This document shows, piece after piece, positions 28,566 to 40,298 of a stretch of 64,000 nt of DNA (position 1 is its first letter; the number at the start of each line of letters is the position of its first letter). This DNA is from Candidatus Spongiihabitans sp. (GTDB lineage Bacteria; Pseudomonadota; Gammaproteobacteria; Arenicellales; Poriferihabitantaceae). Under the pieces are notes generated by a model that ran no database searches, was not told the DNA's origin, and saw only the letters and a list, made by a program, of their open reading frames with translations. Both the position numbers and the translations under genes were made by a program. The stretch covers positions 2,275,892-2,339,891 of the forward strand of contig OZ253452.1 of NCBI GenBank assembly GCA_965261425.1, in the 5' to 3' direction.

Positions 28566-30242
28566 ATGACTGAAAATTTTGAGACGTTATTAGAAGAAAG
28601 TTTGGAGCATGTCGTCATGCGCCCGGGTGAGTTGCTTATTGGGGAAGTGGTGGAAGCGAATGATGACTACGTTGTCGTTAGCGCAGGATTGAAATCCGAT
28701 GCGGAAATTCCCGCAGATGAATTCAAAAATGCAGCCGGAGAACTCATGGTTAAAGCGGGCGATCAGGTTGAAGTCGCTCTGGAAGCGGTGGAAGACGGCA
28801 CTGGCAGTACCAAAGTGTCCCGAGAGCAGGCAAGGCATGTTCGAGCTTGGAGCGACCTCGCCAAAGCGCATGAAAATGACGACATAATCAGTGGCGTTAT
28901 TACCGGCAAAGTCAAGGGTGGGTTTACGGTTGATGTGAGTGGATTACGCGCCTTTTTGCCCGGCTCTCTGGTGGATGTGCGTCCGATTAAAGATGCCACC
29001 TATGTCGAAGGTCGGGAGCTCGACTTCAAGATTATTAAACTCGATCAACTGCGCGATAATATTGTCGTTTCAAGACGCGCTATTGTTGAGAATGAAATCA
29101 ACGAAGAACGCGAAAAATTGCTGGACACCCTCGAAGAAGGGCAGTTGGTCAAAGGCATCGTGAAAAACCTGACCGGCTATGGCGCGTTCGTGAATTTGGG
29201 TGGTTTGGATGGCTTGCTACATATCACTGATTTGGTATGGAAGCGGGTTAAACATCCATCAGAAATATTAACCGTTGGAGATGAGGTCGAAACCCGAGTA
29301 CTCAAATTTGACCGCGAACACTGTCGGGTATCGCTTGGGTTGAAACAGTTAGGGGAAGACCCTTGGTTGGATTTGGTGCGTCGCTATTCGGTAAACACGC
29401 GCATATTCGGTACGGTGACCAATCTAACCGATTATGGCGCATTTGTTGAAATAGAAGATGGTGTTGAAGGGTTGGTGCATCTTTCCGAAATGGATTGGAC
29501 GAATAGAAATGTCCATCCGGGCAAAATTTGCCATATTGGTGATGAAGTAGAGGCGATGGTGCTGAAGGTCGACGCGGAAAGACGACGAATCTCTTTAGGC
29601 ATGAAGCAGTGCAGTCAAAATCCCTGGCAAGAATTCGCGTCAACCTATAAAAAGGGCGATATGATTACTGGAAATATCCGCTCAAAAACAGATTTCGGTG
29701 TGTTTGTCGGTGTTGAGGGTGGAATTGATGGATTGGTTCATCTTTCCGATTTGTCTTGGGGTAAATCCGGTGAAGAAGCGGCTGTCGAATATAAGAAAGG
29801 TGATGAGCTGACCGTGATGCTGCTGTCTGTTGATGCCGAACGGGAAAGAATTTCCCTCGGTCTTAAACAGACAACCGAGGATCCTTTCGCGCTCTATGTC
29901 ACGGAAAACGGCAAAGGGAATACAGTAGCCGGTGTGATTAAAACGGTTACTGCCAAGGGGGCGACTGTTGAGCTTGCGCCTCATGTTGAGGGCTATCTCA
30001 GGGTCGCTGAAATTTCCCGCGAGCGTGTAGAAGATGCGCGTACCGAGCTTAAAGAAGGCGATGAAATTGAAGCCAAAATTACCAGCATTGATCGAAAAAA
30101 TCGCAAGATTTCATTGTCCATCAAAGTCCGTGATCTGGAAATCGAAGAAAAAACCACTCAGGAATATGCGCGAGGGTCCAGCATTAGTGGTGCGACTTTA
30201 GGTGATAAACTGAAAGAACAATTGGAAAAACAATCTTCTTAG
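28566..30242 (+). CDS. rpsA: 30S ribosomal protein S1
   Basis: Six S1 motifs are present and the N-terminus is [13 protein letters not shown]. The listed ORF begins 9 nt earlier. Confidence 0.97.
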   Translation: MTENFETLLEESLEHVVMRPGELLIGEVVEANDDYVVVSAGLKSDAEIPADEFKNAAGELMVKAGDQVEVALEAVEDGTGSTKVSREQARHVRAWSDLAKAHENDDIISGVITGKVKGGFTVDVSGLRAFLPGSLVDVRPIKDATYVEGRELDFKIIKLDQLRDNIVVSRRAIVENEINEEREKLLDTLEEGQLVKGIVKNLTGYGAFVNLGGLDGLLHITDLVWKRVKHPSEILTVGDEVETRVLKFDREHCRVSLGLKQLGEDPWLDLVRRYSVNTRIFGTVTNLTDYGAFVEIEDGVEGLVHLSEMDWTNRNVHPGKICHIGDEVEAMVLKVDAERRRISLGMKQCSQNPWQEFASTYKKGDMITGNIRSKTDFGVFVGVEGGIDGLVHLSDLSWGKSGEEAAVEYKKGDELTVMLLSVDAERERISLGLKQTTEDPFALYVTENGKGNTVAGVIKTVTAKGATVELAPHVEGYLRVAEISRERVEDARTELKEGDEIEAKITSIDRKNRKISLSIKVRDLEIEEKTTQEYARGSSISGATLGDKLKEQLEKQSS

Positions 30243-30257
30243 TCAATATTATTAGTT

Positions 30258-30611
30258 ATGTCTGCCGAATACGAAAGCCAGCGCGACAAGCGATTGGAAC
30301 AAGCACTGACAAAATCAGAGTTGGTTGCTTATATTACTGCCAATCTTTCCCCTCATATTCCTGAGGCTGACGTTGAGTTGGCAGTCAGTAGCATTCTGGA
30401 GCGCATGATGACCGCTTTGATGAATGGTGAACGGATTGAGGTTCGAGGGTTTGGCAGTATTAGCCTGCATTATCGACCACCACGGCTTGGACGCAACCCT
30501 AAAACCGGAGAGGATGTGCGGGTTCCTGAGAAATATGTGCCACACTTCAAGCCCGGGGTGAATTTGCGAAAACGGGTGAATAAGGGAAATAACAAGGGAA
30601 GTTCTGTATAG
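30258..30611 (+). CDS. ihfB: Integration host factor subunit beta
   Basis: [10 protein letters not shown]...[29 protein letters not shown] is present. The N-terminal ~18 aa extension is unusual, so the true start may be internal. Confidence 0.9.
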   Translation: MSAEYESQRDKRLEQALTKSELVAYITANLSPHIPEADVELAVSSILERMMTALMNGERIEVRGFGSISLHYRPPRLGRNPKTGEDVRVPEKYVPHFKPGVNLRKRVNKGNNKGSSV

Positions 30612-30613
30612 AC

Positions 30614-30877
30614 ATGAAGTTCCTGTATGTGATTGTCATTGTCATCACGGTTTTTATTGGGCTGACTTTCACATATATGAATAGTCAAATGGTGGAAATT
30701 AAATATTTTTCGTTGCAAGCAGAAATCAATTTGGTGGTGTTGCTGATTTATACGCTAATACTGGGTGCTGTGGCTGGTTTTTTTTCCAATCTGTTGTCTT
30801 CTTTGAAAGTAAGACGAAATTTATCGAAAGCGAAGAAGGAACTTAAAGTTCTAAAATCTCCAAGATTGGTCATTTAG
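30614..30877 (+). CDS. lapA: LapA-family (DUF1049) inner-membrane protein
   Basis: 87 aa with two TM segments and a basic C-terminal tail. It sits directly after ihfB, as in many proteobacteria. Confidence 0.7.
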   Translation: MKFLYVIVIVITVFIGLTFTYMNSQMVEIKYFSLQAEINLVVLLIYTLILGAVAGFFSNLLSSLKVRRNLSKAKKELKVLKSPRLVI

Positions 30878-30966
30878 CCCCAAAGCTAAAGCCGAACAAC
30901 CTGAGTTAAAAGTTCGGTACTCCACGTCCGTTTGTTATTTTGCCCACCAAACTCATAAATTCTTAG

Positions 30967-32637
30967 ATGTCCGAGATCACCAAACCCAACTTTATCCGTC
31001 AAATCATTGATCAGGATCGAGCGGACCGCAAACATGATGTTATTGTTACTCGATTCCCGCCGGAGCCGAATGGTTATTTACATATTGGACATGCCAAATC
31101 AATCTGGCTGAATTTTGGAATTGCCGAGGATTATCAAGGGCAATGTACATTACGTTTTGACGATACCAATCCGGTCAAGGAAGATGCCGAATTTGTCGCT
31201 GCCATCGAGGAGGATGTGCGCTGGCTTGGTTATCAATGGCAGCATGTTGCCCACGCCTCGGATTACTTTGAGCAGTTACACGATTTTGCGGTTGAGTTAA
31301 TCGAAAAAGGGCTTGCCTATGTGGACAGTTTGAACGCTGAACAAATACGCGAATATCGTGGAACCCTGACCGAAGTCGGCAAGGACAGCCCGCATCGCAA
31401 TCGTAGCATCGCTGAAAACAGCGCGTTGTTCGCGCAAATGCGAGCTGGCGTGTTTGCCGATGGGCAACATGTTTTGCGCGCAAAAATTGATATGAATTCG
31501 CCGAATATCAATTTACGCGACCCGGTTATTTATCGCATTCGGCACCATGCACATCAACGTACTGGCGATGCGTGGTGTATCTATCCACTGTACGATTTCA
31601 CGCATGGACTGAGCGATGCCATTGAGGGCGTGACCCATTCGCTTTGCACGCTTGAATTTGAAGATCACCGCGCACTGTACGATTGGTTATTGGACAATGT
31701 CTCCGCGCCGTCACATCCGCGACAAATCGAATTTTCACGTCTCAATCTCAACTATACGGTAATGAGCAAACGTATGCTCACTCAATTGGTGGAAAAAGGC
31801 GACGTAGCAGGCTGGGATGATCCGCGGATGCCGACTATTTGTGGGTTGCGACGACGTGGCTTTACGCCGACTTCGATACGAAATTTCATTGCCAGTGTGG
31901 GCATCACCAAAAGAGATAACATCATCGAAATGGGTGTTTTGGAGAACAGCATTCGCGAACATTTGGAGCCGCTTGCGCCACGTGCCATGGCTGTTTTGCG
32001 ACCGCTCAAAGTGGTTATTGAAAACTATCCTGTGGGCGAATATGAAGAAATTGAAGTGCCGAATCATCCGAGCGATGCGTCTATGGGAACACGAACAATC
32101 ACGCTTGGGCGAGAAATTTATATCGAGCAAGATGATTTCATGGAGTATCCTCAGGAGAAGTTTTTTCGGCTTGCGCCGGAGCGGGAGGTGCGCCTGCGTT
32201 ATGGTTTTGTGATTCGCTGTGTTGCGGTAATTAAAAACCAGTCGGGTGAGGTCGTGGAATTAAGATGCCAATACGATCCAGATACACGCCGTGGTCGCCC
32301 GCCGGCAGGTCGGAAAGTGAAAGGCATTGTCCATTGGGTTTCGGTCGCGCATTGTGTGCAGGCGGAAATTCGGCTTTATGACCGTCTTTTTTCGGTCGCC
32401 AATCCGCTCGCCGACAAGCGTCAGGATTTTAGACAATTGCTCAATCCAGATTCGCTTCAGGTGTTGCCACAGAGCAAGTTGGAAGCGAGTTTAGCGACCC
32501 CAAAACCCGCTACTCGATACCAGTTTGAACGACTCGGTTATTTCTGCGCCGACACCGATGACAGCACTGGAAACCTCATCTATAATCGGATTGTAACGCT
32601 ACGCGATGCTTGGGCGAGATTGGCTCATCAAAGATAG
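30967..32637 (+). CDS. glnS: Glutamine--tRNA ligase
   Basis: It has the HIGH motif ([13 protein letters not shown]), the VMSKR (KMSKS-type) motif, and is 556 aa. Confidence 0.95.
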   Translation: MSEITKPNFIRQIIDQDRADRKHDVIVTRFPPEPNGYLHIGHAKSIWLNFGIAEDYQGQCTLRFDDTNPVKEDAEFVAAIEEDVRWLGYQWQHVAHASDYFEQLHDFAVELIEKGLAYVDSLNAEQIREYRGTLTEVGKDSPHRNRSIAENSALFAQMRAGVFADGQHVLRAKIDMNSPNINLRDPVIYRIRHHAHQRTGDAWCIYPLYDFTHGLSDAIEGVTHSLCTLEFEDHRALYDWLLDNVSAPSHPRQIEFSRLNLNYTVMSKRMLTQLVEKGDVAGWDDPRMPTICGLRRRGFTPTSIRNFIASVGITKRDNIIEMGVLENSIREHLEPLAPRAMAVLRPLKVVIENYPVGEYEEIEVPNHPSDASMGTRTITLGREIYIEQDDFMEYPQEKFFRLAPEREVRLRYGFVIRCVAVIKNQSGEVVELRCQYDPDTRRGRPPAGRKVKGIVHWVSVAHCVQAEIRLYDRLFSVANPLADKRQDFRQLLNPDSLQVLPQSKLEASLATPKPATRYQFERLGYFCADTDDSTGNLIYNRIVTLRDAWARLAHQR

Positions 32638-32718
32638 CACGAATATAGCACGCGAAAACGATTGATAAGGTTCCCCTCATCAATCGCTCATCCCCAGCAA
32701 CCCAGACCATTAAATAAT

Positions 32719-33822
32719 ATGTATTTTCTCGCTGAATATGGCTTGTTCCTAATCAAAGCCATGACCATTGTTGTTGCCATACTGATTGCCGTGGGTAGCC
32801 TTGTCGCCATCGTAATGCGGCACAAGAAAACCACAGAAAACCATCTGCAAGTTACCCATCTCAACACCCAGTATGAAGAGATGGAAAAAGTCATTGCCAT
32901 GGTAACATTAAGCGATGTTGGATTAAAACAGCAGGCAAAGGCGGACAAGAAAAAAGCCAAGCAGGACAAGAAAACGGCAAAAAAAGCCAAGCAGGACAAG
33001 AAAACGGCAAAAAAAGCCGGCAAGAAAGCGAAAAAAGGAGCTGATGATGAACCAGAAGGGCATAATAATCAGAAAAAACGGTTGTTTGTTATTGATTTTG
33101 ATGGTGACATACAAGCCAGTCAGGTAACAGCTCTGCGTCAGGAAATCAGTGCGGTTCTAACCGTTGCCAGCAAAGAGGATGAGGTGCTGGTTCGATTGGA
33201 AAGTGGCGGCGGGACGGTGCATGGTTATGGTTTGGCAGCCTCTCAATTACAGCGCATTCGTGATAACGATATTCCGCTTACTGTTGCGGTTGATAAAGTT
33301 GCTGCCAGTGGGGGCTATATGATGGCATGTGTGGCGAATAAAATCATTGCCGCGCCATTTTCCATCATCGGCTCGATTGGTGTACTCACACAAATACCTA
33401 ACCTGAACCGCTTGCTTAAAAAACATGATATTGATTTTGAACAATTATATGCGGGTGAATTCAAACGCACCTTGACACTTTTTGGAGAAAACACGGATAA
33501 GGGCAGGGCTAAAATGCAACAAGAGCTTGAGCAGACACATGAACGGTTTAAGGGTTTTATAAAAACCCAACGCCCTGATTTGGATGTCGATAAAGTGGCT
33601 ACCGGAGAACATTGGCTTGGCGCACAGGCATTGGAACTTGGCTTGGTTGACCAGTTGCAAACCAGCGACGATTATCTGATGTTATTACGCAACGATGCCG
33701 AGCTGATTCTGATTGAATACGCCACCGAGAAAACCATCATGGAAAAGCTATCGCAACTAATGAGTATGCAATGGCAACAGAATAAATTAGTTCAGGAAAC
33801 CAATCAGCCGTTGTTGATGTAG
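32719..33822 (+). CDS. sohB: S49-family periplasmic protease SohB
   Basis: The start is taken at MYFLAEYGLFLIKAMTIVVAIL (TM). The lysine-rich linker has a 30-bp tandem duplication (32950-33009). The S49 core is VDKVAASGGYMMA. Confidence 0.8.
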   Translation: MYFLAEYGLFLIKAMTIVVAILIAVGSLVAIVMRHKKTTENHLQVTHLNTQYEEMEKVIAMVTLSDVGLKQQAKADKKKAKQDKKTAKKAKQDKKTAKKAGKKAKKGADDEPEGHNNQKKRLFVIDFDGDIQASQVTALRQEISAVLTVASKEDEVLVRLESGGGTVHGYGLAASQLQRIRDNDIPLTVAVDKVAASGGYMMACVANKIIAAPFSIIGSIGVLTQIPNLNRLLKKHDIDFEQLYAGEFKRTLTLFGENTDKGRAKMQQELEQTHERFKGFIKTQRPDLDVDKVATGEHWLGAQALELGLVDQLQTSDDYLMLLRNDAELILIEYATEKTIMEKLSQLMSMQWQQNKLVQETNQPLLM

Positions 33823-33844
33823 CAGTCATCTGAATCTGCTTACC

Positions 33845-34402
33845 ATGATTTTCAGCCTTGCCAATCGCGTCCCGCAAATCGCGCAAAGTAGCTTCGTTGC
33901 CCCCAGTGCCGATGTCATTGGTTTGGTGTGTGTCGGCGAACAAGCGAGCATCTGGTTCAATGCGGTGTTGCGCGGGGACAACGAGTTGATACACATTGGC
34001 AATCGCTCAAATGTTCAGGATTGCAGTGTCTTGCATACCGACCCGGGGATGCCGCTGACTATTGAGGAGCACGTTACGATAGGGCACAGTTGTATGTTGC
34101 ATGGCTGTCATATCAAAGCGGGCAGTTTGATTGGTATCGGTAGCGTTGTGATGAATAAAGCCGTCATCGGCGAAGGTTGTTTGGTTGGGGCGAATGCGCT
34201 GGTGACGGAAAACAAGGTCTTTCCGCCGCGCACTTTGATTTTAGGTGCGCCTGCCAAAGCGATTAGAGAGTTGACCGACCAAGAAGCTGAGGGGCTGAAA
34301 CAGGCTACGGAAACTTATGTCAACAAGATACTGCAGTACCGAAATTTGCATGTCATTGAGAATTACAAGATGAAAGATTCTGACACAGAGGCCACCGAGT
34401 AA
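33845..34402 (+). CDS. Gamma-carbonic-anhydrase-like hexapeptide-repeat protein (YrdA/PaaY family)
   Basis: FVAPSADVIGLVCVGEQASIWFNAVLRGD...IGNRSNVQDCSVLH...GH matches the family pattern. Confidence 0.8.
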   Translation: MIFSLANRVPQIAQSSFVAPSADVIGLVCVGEQASIWFNAVLRGDNELIHIGNRSNVQDCSVLHTDPGMPLTIEEHVTIGHSCMLHGCHIKAGSLIGIGSVVMNKAVIGEGCLVGANALVTENKVFPPRTLILGAPAKAIRELTDQEAEGLKQATETYVNKILQYRNLHVIENYKMKDSDTEATE

Positions 34403-34464
34403 TTGCAAGCTGCAAACTGCCACCAGCAGTGTCGACTCATCCTGTGTATCCATGTAACGATCTC

Positions 34465-35661
34465 TCAATTCCCAATAATTTTATCCAGTCCGGTTTTCAG
34501 GTCGGCGATGATGTCATCGACATGCTCCAATCCGACCGAAATTCGGATCAATGAATCGGTGATGTGGGCACGGTCGCGTTGCTGTTGGGTGATTCTTGAA
34601 TGCGTGGTGCTGGCAGGGTGGGTAATGGTGGTTTTTGTATCACCCAGATTGGCAGTGATGGATAAAAACTCGGTCGCATCAAGCACTTGCCAGGCTTCAT
34701 GTTTTGCCCCTTTAACTTCAAACGCAATAATACCGCCAAATCCACAGTGTTGGACGGCTGCCAGTTTATGCTGGGGATGGGATTCAAGCCCGGGATAATG
34801 TACCCGTGCCACTGCCGGATGGTTTTCCAGCCATTGTGCTACTACCTGTGCGTTTTCGCAGTGCTGCTTCATGCGTATTTCCAGCGTCTCCAATCCGCTG
34901 CTGAAAGTCCAAGCATTAAACGGACTCATACACGGTCCAGTGGTGCGTAACATGCCAAATAATTCATCATAAACTTTTTCATCATCGGTGACCACCGCGC
35001 CGCCCACACACCGACCCTGTCCGTCAAGATATTTAGTGGCGGAATGAACAACGATATGCGCGCCCAATGCGAGAGGCTGTTGCAACACGGGAGTGCAAAA
35101 TGCGTTATCGACTGCGAGCAATATTCCCGTTTGGTTAGCTATTTTTGCAAGTGCGGTAATATCGGCGATTTCACAAAGCGGGTTTGATGGGGTTTCCAAA
35201 AACATCAATTTGGTATTGGGTTGGATGGCATGTTGCCACTGTTCAGTATCGGTCAGGCTAACGAAAGTCGTTTCGATATTGAAGCGGTGAAAATAATTAT
35301 TAAACAGCGATACGGTCGAGCCGAACAAGCTGGTTGAGGAAACGATGTGATCGCCACTCTTGAGTAAAGCAAGCCCTAGCCCAGTGATTGCTGCCATGCC
35401 CGAAGCGGTGGCAATACAAAACCGCGCTCCTTCCATGGCGGCCAACCGATTTTCAAATCCGGCGACGGTCGGGTTGGTAAATCGAGAATAAAGATTGCCG
35501 GTTTGTTCGCCACTAAATAGGTCGCTCGCCTGTTGGGCGTTTTCGAAAATAAAACTCGACGTAGTGAAAATCGGTTCGCTGTGCTCGCGCTCGGCAGTGT
35601 GCCGATGACCGAGTCGGATTGCCGTTGTCTGGCGATGATATTTTGGTAATTTTGTTGACAT
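34465..35661 (-). CDS. metZ: O-succinylhomoserine sulfhydrylase (PLP-dependent, Cys/Met metabolism family)
   Basis: EPIFTTSSFIFENAQQASDLFSGEQTGNLYSRFTNPTVAGFENRLAAMEG and SATKYLDGQGR (PLP lysine) are present. An alternative start lies 9 nt upstream. Confidence 0.8.
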   Translation of the reverse strand: MSTKLPKYHRQTTAIRLGHRHTAEREHSEPIFTTSSFIFENAQQASDLFSGEQTGNLYSRFTNPTVAGFENRLAAMEGARFCIATASGMAAITGLGLALLKSGDHIVSSTSLFGSTVSLFNNYFHRFNIETTFVSLTDTEQWQHAIQPNTKLMFLETPSNPLCEIADITALAKIANQTGILLAVDNAFCTPVLQQPLALGAHIVVHSATKYLDGQGRCVGGAVVTDDEKVYDELFGMLRTTGPCMSPFNAWTFSSGLETLEIRMKQHCENAQVVAQWLENHPAVARVHYPGLESHPQHKLAAVQHCGFGGIIAFEVKGAKHEAWQVLDATEFLSITANLGDTKTTITHPASTTHSRITQQQRDRAHITDSLIRISVGLEHVDDIIADLKTGLDKIIGN

Positions 35662-35866
35662 TTTTCGCACCTCATTATCGGCGTATTATTGGGTGCGGGC
35701 ACAACCCCGTTTCCAACTTGCCATCCAGATTCGTGATCTAAATAATTGCAAAAGCAGGCAAAAAAGTAGGATTGATGCTACGACTCTTTAGCCGTATTTT
35801 TAAGTGCCCGCAAGCTGACATCAAATCGGCACTAAGGACGAGTCTAGTCTAGCAAATGTGTTTATG

Positions 35867-36556
35867 TCAAGTGTTTGGCAGGTCAACGGTCATGCCGAAT
35901 TCTTCGGGCTTAAACTCTTCCAGAGAGTTCAGAATGCGCTCGGCGGTTTGATAACGCGATTGATCCATATTGGGGTCGGGAACGACAATAACCCGCATTC
36001 CAGCGGCGATGCCGGCCGCCAAGCCCGATGGTGCATCTTCAAATACCAACGTATTCTGCGGATTGGCGTTAAGCCGTTTGGCAGCCACATTAAAAATATC
36101 CGCTGCCGGTTTGCCGTGCTTAATTTCGGGGTCATCGCCGGTAACGATGGTATTAAAAAGTTTGAACCAATTTTGGTGTTTGGCAGTTTTTAAGTTAAAA
36201 AGATCACGGCTGGAACTGGTTGCCACTGCCATTGGGATGGCATGACTATGCAGGTTGCGTATCAGGTTTTCAGCCCCCGGCATAGCGCGGCAAGTTGGGA
36301 ATTTTGCGCATAATAATTGATCGCGCTCCTGCAAATAAGTTTCCGCGCTTATCGGCAGTTGTAGTGTGTTGACCAAATATTTTGCCGAAACCATCGCTGG
36401 CAGCCCAATCATGTTGGCTTTTATTGACCAGTCAAACGTCTTGCCAAATCGGCTGACAATGCTTTGCGTCACCTCGGTATAGATTATTTCAGTGTCCAGC
36501 AATAAGCCGTCCATGTCAAATAACGCAAACCGCGCTGGTATATTCAAAGTATTCAT
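35867..36556 (-). CDS. HAD-IA family hydrolase (phosphatase/beta-phosphoglucomutase-like)
   Basis: It has the DMDGLLLDTE motif I, ATSS motif II, and HGKPAADIF...FEDAPSG motifs. Confidence 0.75.
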   Translation of the reverse strand: MNTLNIPARFALFDMDGLLLDTEIIYTEVTQSIVSRFGKTFDWSIKANMIGLPAMVSAKYLVNTLQLPISAETYLQERDQLLCAKFPTCRAMPGAENLIRNLHSHAIPMAVATSSSRDLFNLKTAKHQNWFKLFNTIVTGDDPEIKHGKPAADIFNVAAKRLNANPQNTLVFEDAPSGLAAGIAAGMRVIVVPDPNMDQSRYQTAERILNSLEEFKPEEFGMTVDLPNT

Positions 36557-36667
36557 TGTATTGGTCAGAAATGTGTGGTTCGGGCAACGTATTTTATATT
36601 ATTTGCTTAAAGTTCAGAAGTCGATTCTGTGCTATAATCACCATTCAATAACCTGTTTACTAGAATT

Positions 36668-36991
36668 ATGTCTGTCGCCTTAACCCAATCTGCCGCACAG
36701 CGGATACGTTCTCAGCTTGAAACGCATGAGGGTATTGGGTTGCGGGTAACGGTGAAAAAGTCCGGTTGTTCAGGGTACGCCTATCAATTGGATTATGCCA
36801 CCGAAATAAACGACATTGACAAAGCATTTGAAAGTCATGGTGTCAAAGTGATCGTGCGGCAGTGTGATCTTGACTTTCTTCAGGGGCTGGAGCTGGATTA
36901 TGTTCAGGATGGGCTGTCATCGGTGTTTCATTTTAATAATCCGAATGTGACCGAGCAATGTGGATGTGGCGAGAGTTTTACGGTTAATTAG
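36668..36991 (+). CDS. Iron-sulfur cluster insertion protein (HesB/IscA/ErpA family)
   Basis: 107 aa with GCSGYAY and a C-terminal CGCGESF. Confidence 0.85.
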   Translation: MSVALTQSAAQRIRSQLETHEGIGLRVTVKKSGCSGYAYQLDYATEINDIDKAFESHGVKVIVRQCDLDFLQGLELDYVQDGLSSVFHFNNPNVTEQCGCGESFTVN

Positions 36992-37146
36992 GGTCGTATT
37001 TATGTCGCTAATGCCACGCTTCACCAATCACGGCTTGCCGTTCATTTCTAACCATACCCGCAGTATTTTCCTTTCCAAGCAACGTGGCTTCTGTAAACGT
37101 CTCTTTTTCGCAACCACCATTCTTTGAAACAACGCCACTCCGCAGA

Positions 37147-38496
37147 GTGGCTTTTTCTACGCTGGGTTGCAAGGTCAATGTTTTTGAATCGGAATTGCTG
37201 GCTGAAAAAATAGTGGGCAATCAATACCGGCGAGTGGGTTGCACCGATCAGGCTGACCTTCATATCATCAATACTTGCACGGTGACTGCCGAAGCAGACC
37301 GGCAAGCCCGACAATTAGTGCGCCGAGTGGTGCGACAAAACCCGGATGCTTGGGTGGTGGTTACCGGTTGCTATGCCCAGATGGCACCACAAACTTGCGC
37401 GGATATTCCGGGGGTTGATCTGGTGGTCGGCAACAGTCAAAAACTGGCTATTCCTGAATTGTTGGACGATCTCTATCAGGGGAATCTGCCGCCGGTCTTA
37501 TTGAAGGATATTGATCGGGAGATTAGTCTGCCCGATCAATTGCTACAGGGCTTTGAGGGGCATAGTCGGGCATTTGTGCAAATTCAGCAGGGCTGCGATC
37601 AAGGCTGCACATTTTGTATTATTCATACTGCCAGAGGTCGTAATCGGTCGTTTTCGCCGACCATGATTAAACGACAATGCCAACGCCTGATTATGAACGG
37701 CTATGGCGAAATTGTGCTTTGTGGTGTCGATATTGGCTCGTATGGCTCTGATTTCGCGCATGAAATGGGATTAACGGCATTATTGCGCTCATTGCTCGAA
37801 ATTGACGGGAAAATTGACCGGCAAATGAATAGCCATTATCGGTTTCGACTGAGTTCCATCGATCCGGCGCATATTACCGATGAATTTATTGATTTGTTAA
37901 GCCGTCATCCGAGAATCTGCCCACAACTGCATCTATCGCTACAAAGTGCCAATAGTTTGATTTTGAAACGAATGAAACGCCGTGCAACAAGAGCGCTCAT
38001 TTATGAGCGTGTCGCGGCATTACGCGCAGCACTGCCGGATTTGGTTTTGAGTGCCGATATTTTGGTCGGCTTTCCGACCGAAAGCGAAGTACATTTTTCC
38101 GATACGCTAGACGCGATCAATGAGCTGGAAATTGCCTATCCACATGTGTTTCGTTATTCTCCGCGACTCGGAACCCCAGCAGCAAGAATTCCAGCACAGG
38201 TTCCCATGCCGATACGCAAGCGCAGGGCAAAGGCGGCTCGTGCTACCGGAAAAGCCGTTTGGAAGCGAGTAGCCGAACGCCAGATTGGTCAGCATAAAAC
38301 CGTGCTTGTTGAATCCGCTCATAAATCGGCTAATAAGGTGATAATCGGCAGGGCAGACAATTACTTTGCGGTTGAATTTCAGGATTGTTCGAATCAATCT
38401 GGCGGCAAGGACGAGAATAGTCGGGGAAATCAAGATTGCCGTTGGGTAGATTTAGAAATTATTGGTGTGGGCGACAACGTATTATTGGGTCGTTAA
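37147..38496 (+). CDS. mtaB: MiaB-like radical-SAM methylthiotransferase (MtaB type)
   Basis: It has VAFSTLGCKVNVFESE (UPF0004 domain) and the radical-SAM motif CDQGCTFCIIHTARG. The ORF is open from GTG 37084, so the start at GTG 37147 is an inference. Confidence 0.75.
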   Translation: MAFSTLGCKVNVFESELLAEKIVGNQYRRVGCTDQADLHIINTCTVTAEADRQARQLVRRVVRQNPDAWVVVTGCYAQMAPQTCADIPGVDLVVGNSQKLAIPELLDDLYQGNLPPVLLKDIDREISLPDQLLQGFEGHSRAFVQIQQGCDQGCTFCIIHTARGRNRSFSPTMIKRQCQRLIMNGYGEIVLCGVDIGSYGSDFAHEMGLTALLRSLLEIDGKIDRQMNSHYRFRLSSIDPAHITDEFIDLLSRHPRICPQLHLSLQSANSLILKRMKRRATRALIYERVAALRAALPDLVLSADILVGFPTESEVHFSDTLDAINELEIAYPHVFRYSPRLGTPAARIPAQVPMPIRKRRAKAARATGKAVWKRVAERQIGQHKTVLVESAHKSANKVIIGRADNYFAVEFQDCSNQSGGKDENSRGNQDCRWVDLEIIGVGDNVLLGR

Positions 38497-38636
38497 TTAG
38501 ACTGAAAACTGCATCAGATTAGTTCGGGTTGTGCCATATAAAGGTACAATCAGGTAAAGGTACAATCGGGATCAACTTGATTGGTTTTATTTTTATCGCC
38601 TTTTAGTTTTTTCGTGTTTTTATATTGGAGTTTTAT

Positions 38637-39086
38637 ATGGCTGTTGAACGTACTTTTTCCATCGTCAAACCGGATGCCGTTGGCGATAATAATATCGGTA
38701 ATATTTACCAACGTTTTGAGGGCGCGGGTTTGCGTATTGTGGCATCGCGTATGTTGCATCTAAGCCGTGAGCAGGCGCAACAATTTTATGCGGTGCATAG
38801 CGAGCGTCCATTTTATAATGATCTGGTTGATTTTATGACCTCTGGTCCGGTGATGGTGCAGGTTCTGGAAGGTGAAGATGCCATTGCGCAAAATCGTGCC
38901 GTGATGGGAGCAACCAATCCGGCAGGCGCGGCAGCGGGGACAATTCGCGCAGATTTTGCGTCTTCGGTTGAACAAAATGCGGTACATGGTTCCGATGCGC
39001 CAGAAACCGCGGCCACTGAGATTGCCTTTTTCTTCGATGAAGCAGAGATTTATCCGCGAACACGCTTATCTTCAGACGCGAATTGA
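38637..39086 (+). CDS. ndk: Nucleoside diphosphate kinase
   Basis: [15 protein letters not shown]...NAVHGSD (active-site His) is present. The listed ORF begins 12 nt earlier. Confidence 0.93.
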   Translation: MAVERTFSIVKPDAVGDNNIGNIYQRFEGAGLRIVASRMLHLSREQAQQFYAVHSERPFYNDLVDFMTSGPVMVQVLEGEDAIAQNRAVMGATNPAGAAAGTIRADFASSVEQNAVHGSDAPETAATEIAFFFDEAEIYPRTRLSSDAN

Positions 39087-39095
39087 GTTTCTAAA

Positions 39096-40253
39096 ATGTC
39101 AATCTCGCTCAATCTGTTGTCATTAGATCGCACTGCGATGGAAAATTATTTTCTCGATATGGGGGAGAAAAGTTTCCGTGCGAAACAGATTTTGCAGTGG
39201 GTTTATCAAAGAAAGGTGACTCGTTTTGAGGATATGACCGATTTGAGTAAGGACTTGCGCCAAACGCTACAACAAAACACCACACTGGATTTGCCTGAAA
39301 TTGTCAGTCAGCAATGTTCAACCGATGGCACCTATAAATGGTTGCTCAAGCTCAAAGACGGCAACTGCATTGAAAGTGTGTATATTCCAGAATTAGATCG
39401 TGGCACATTGTGCGTTTCTTCGCAGGTTGGTTGTGGTTTGAATTGCACCTTTTGTGCCACTGCACAACAAGGTTTTAACCGCAATCTTGAGGTTGATGAA
39501 ATCATTGCACAAGTATGGCTTGCGAATAATATTCTTGAGAATATGTCGACACCTGATTCGGCTACTTTAGATGGGCATACCAAAACGCATTCTTTTGTGA
39601 CCGATGCAGATGACCAACGCCGACCGGTTACCAATGTTGTGATGATGGGAATGGGCGAGCCGTTACTCAATTTTGACCCTGTTGTTTCCGCCATGCGATT
39701 GATGATGGACGATTATTCGTTTGGATTGTCACGCCGGCGGGTGACCTTAAGTACTGCTGGTATAGTTCCTGTTATTGACCAGTTACGGCAACAATGTCCG
39801 GTCAGTCTTGCGGTTTCCTTGCACGCTTCGGACAATGCCTTGCGCGATAAATTGGTACCGCTAAACAAGAAATATCCGATTGAACTGCTACTCGATTGTT
39901 GTCGCCGATACGTTGACAATAATCGCCAACGAGTCACCTTTGAATATGTTATGTTAAAGGATATAAACGATAGTCCGCAACAAGCCAGAACATTGGCAAA
40001 AATTCTTCAGGACGTGCCCGCTAAGGTGAACTTGATTCCATTTAATCCGTTCCCCCAAACGCAGTTCAAAAGATCGGACAGCGAGACCATCAATCGTTTT
40101 CGTGATACGTTGTTGGCGAAAAATATTTTTACGGTAACGCGCCGGACCCGAGGCGATGATATTGATGCGGCTTGTGGACAGTTAGCGGGTGATTTTACCG
40201 ACCGCACCAGCAGGTCAAGACGGATGCAACAACAAAGAGTCGCATTTTCGTAA
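39096..40253 (+). CDS. rlmN: 23S rRNA/tRNA m2A methyltransferase RlmN (radical SAM)
   Basis: [32 protein letters not shown] and GMGEPLLN motifs are present. Confidence 0.93.
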   Translation: MSISLNLLSLDRTAMENYFLDMGEKSFRAKQILQWVYQRKVTRFEDMTDLSKDLRQTLQQNTTLDLPEIVSQQCSTDGTYKWLLKLKDGNCIESVYIPELDRGTLCVSSQVGCGLNCTFCATAQQGFNRNLEVDEIIAQVWLANNILENMSTPDSATLDGHTKTHSFVTDADDQRRPVTNVVMMGMGEPLLNFDPVVSAMRLMMDDYSFGLSRRRVTLSTAGIVPVIDQLRQQCPVSLAVSLHASDNALRDKLVPLNKKYPIELLLDCCRRYVDNNRQRVTFEYVMLKDINDSPQQARTLAKILQDVPAKVNLIPFNPFPQTQFKRSDSETINRFRDTLLAKNIFTVTRRTRGDDIDAACGQLAGDFTDRTSRSRRMQQQRVAFS

Positions 40254-40298
40254 ACCCGCTTTTGTAAACAGTTATCACGAGTTCATTAGAGAATTACA

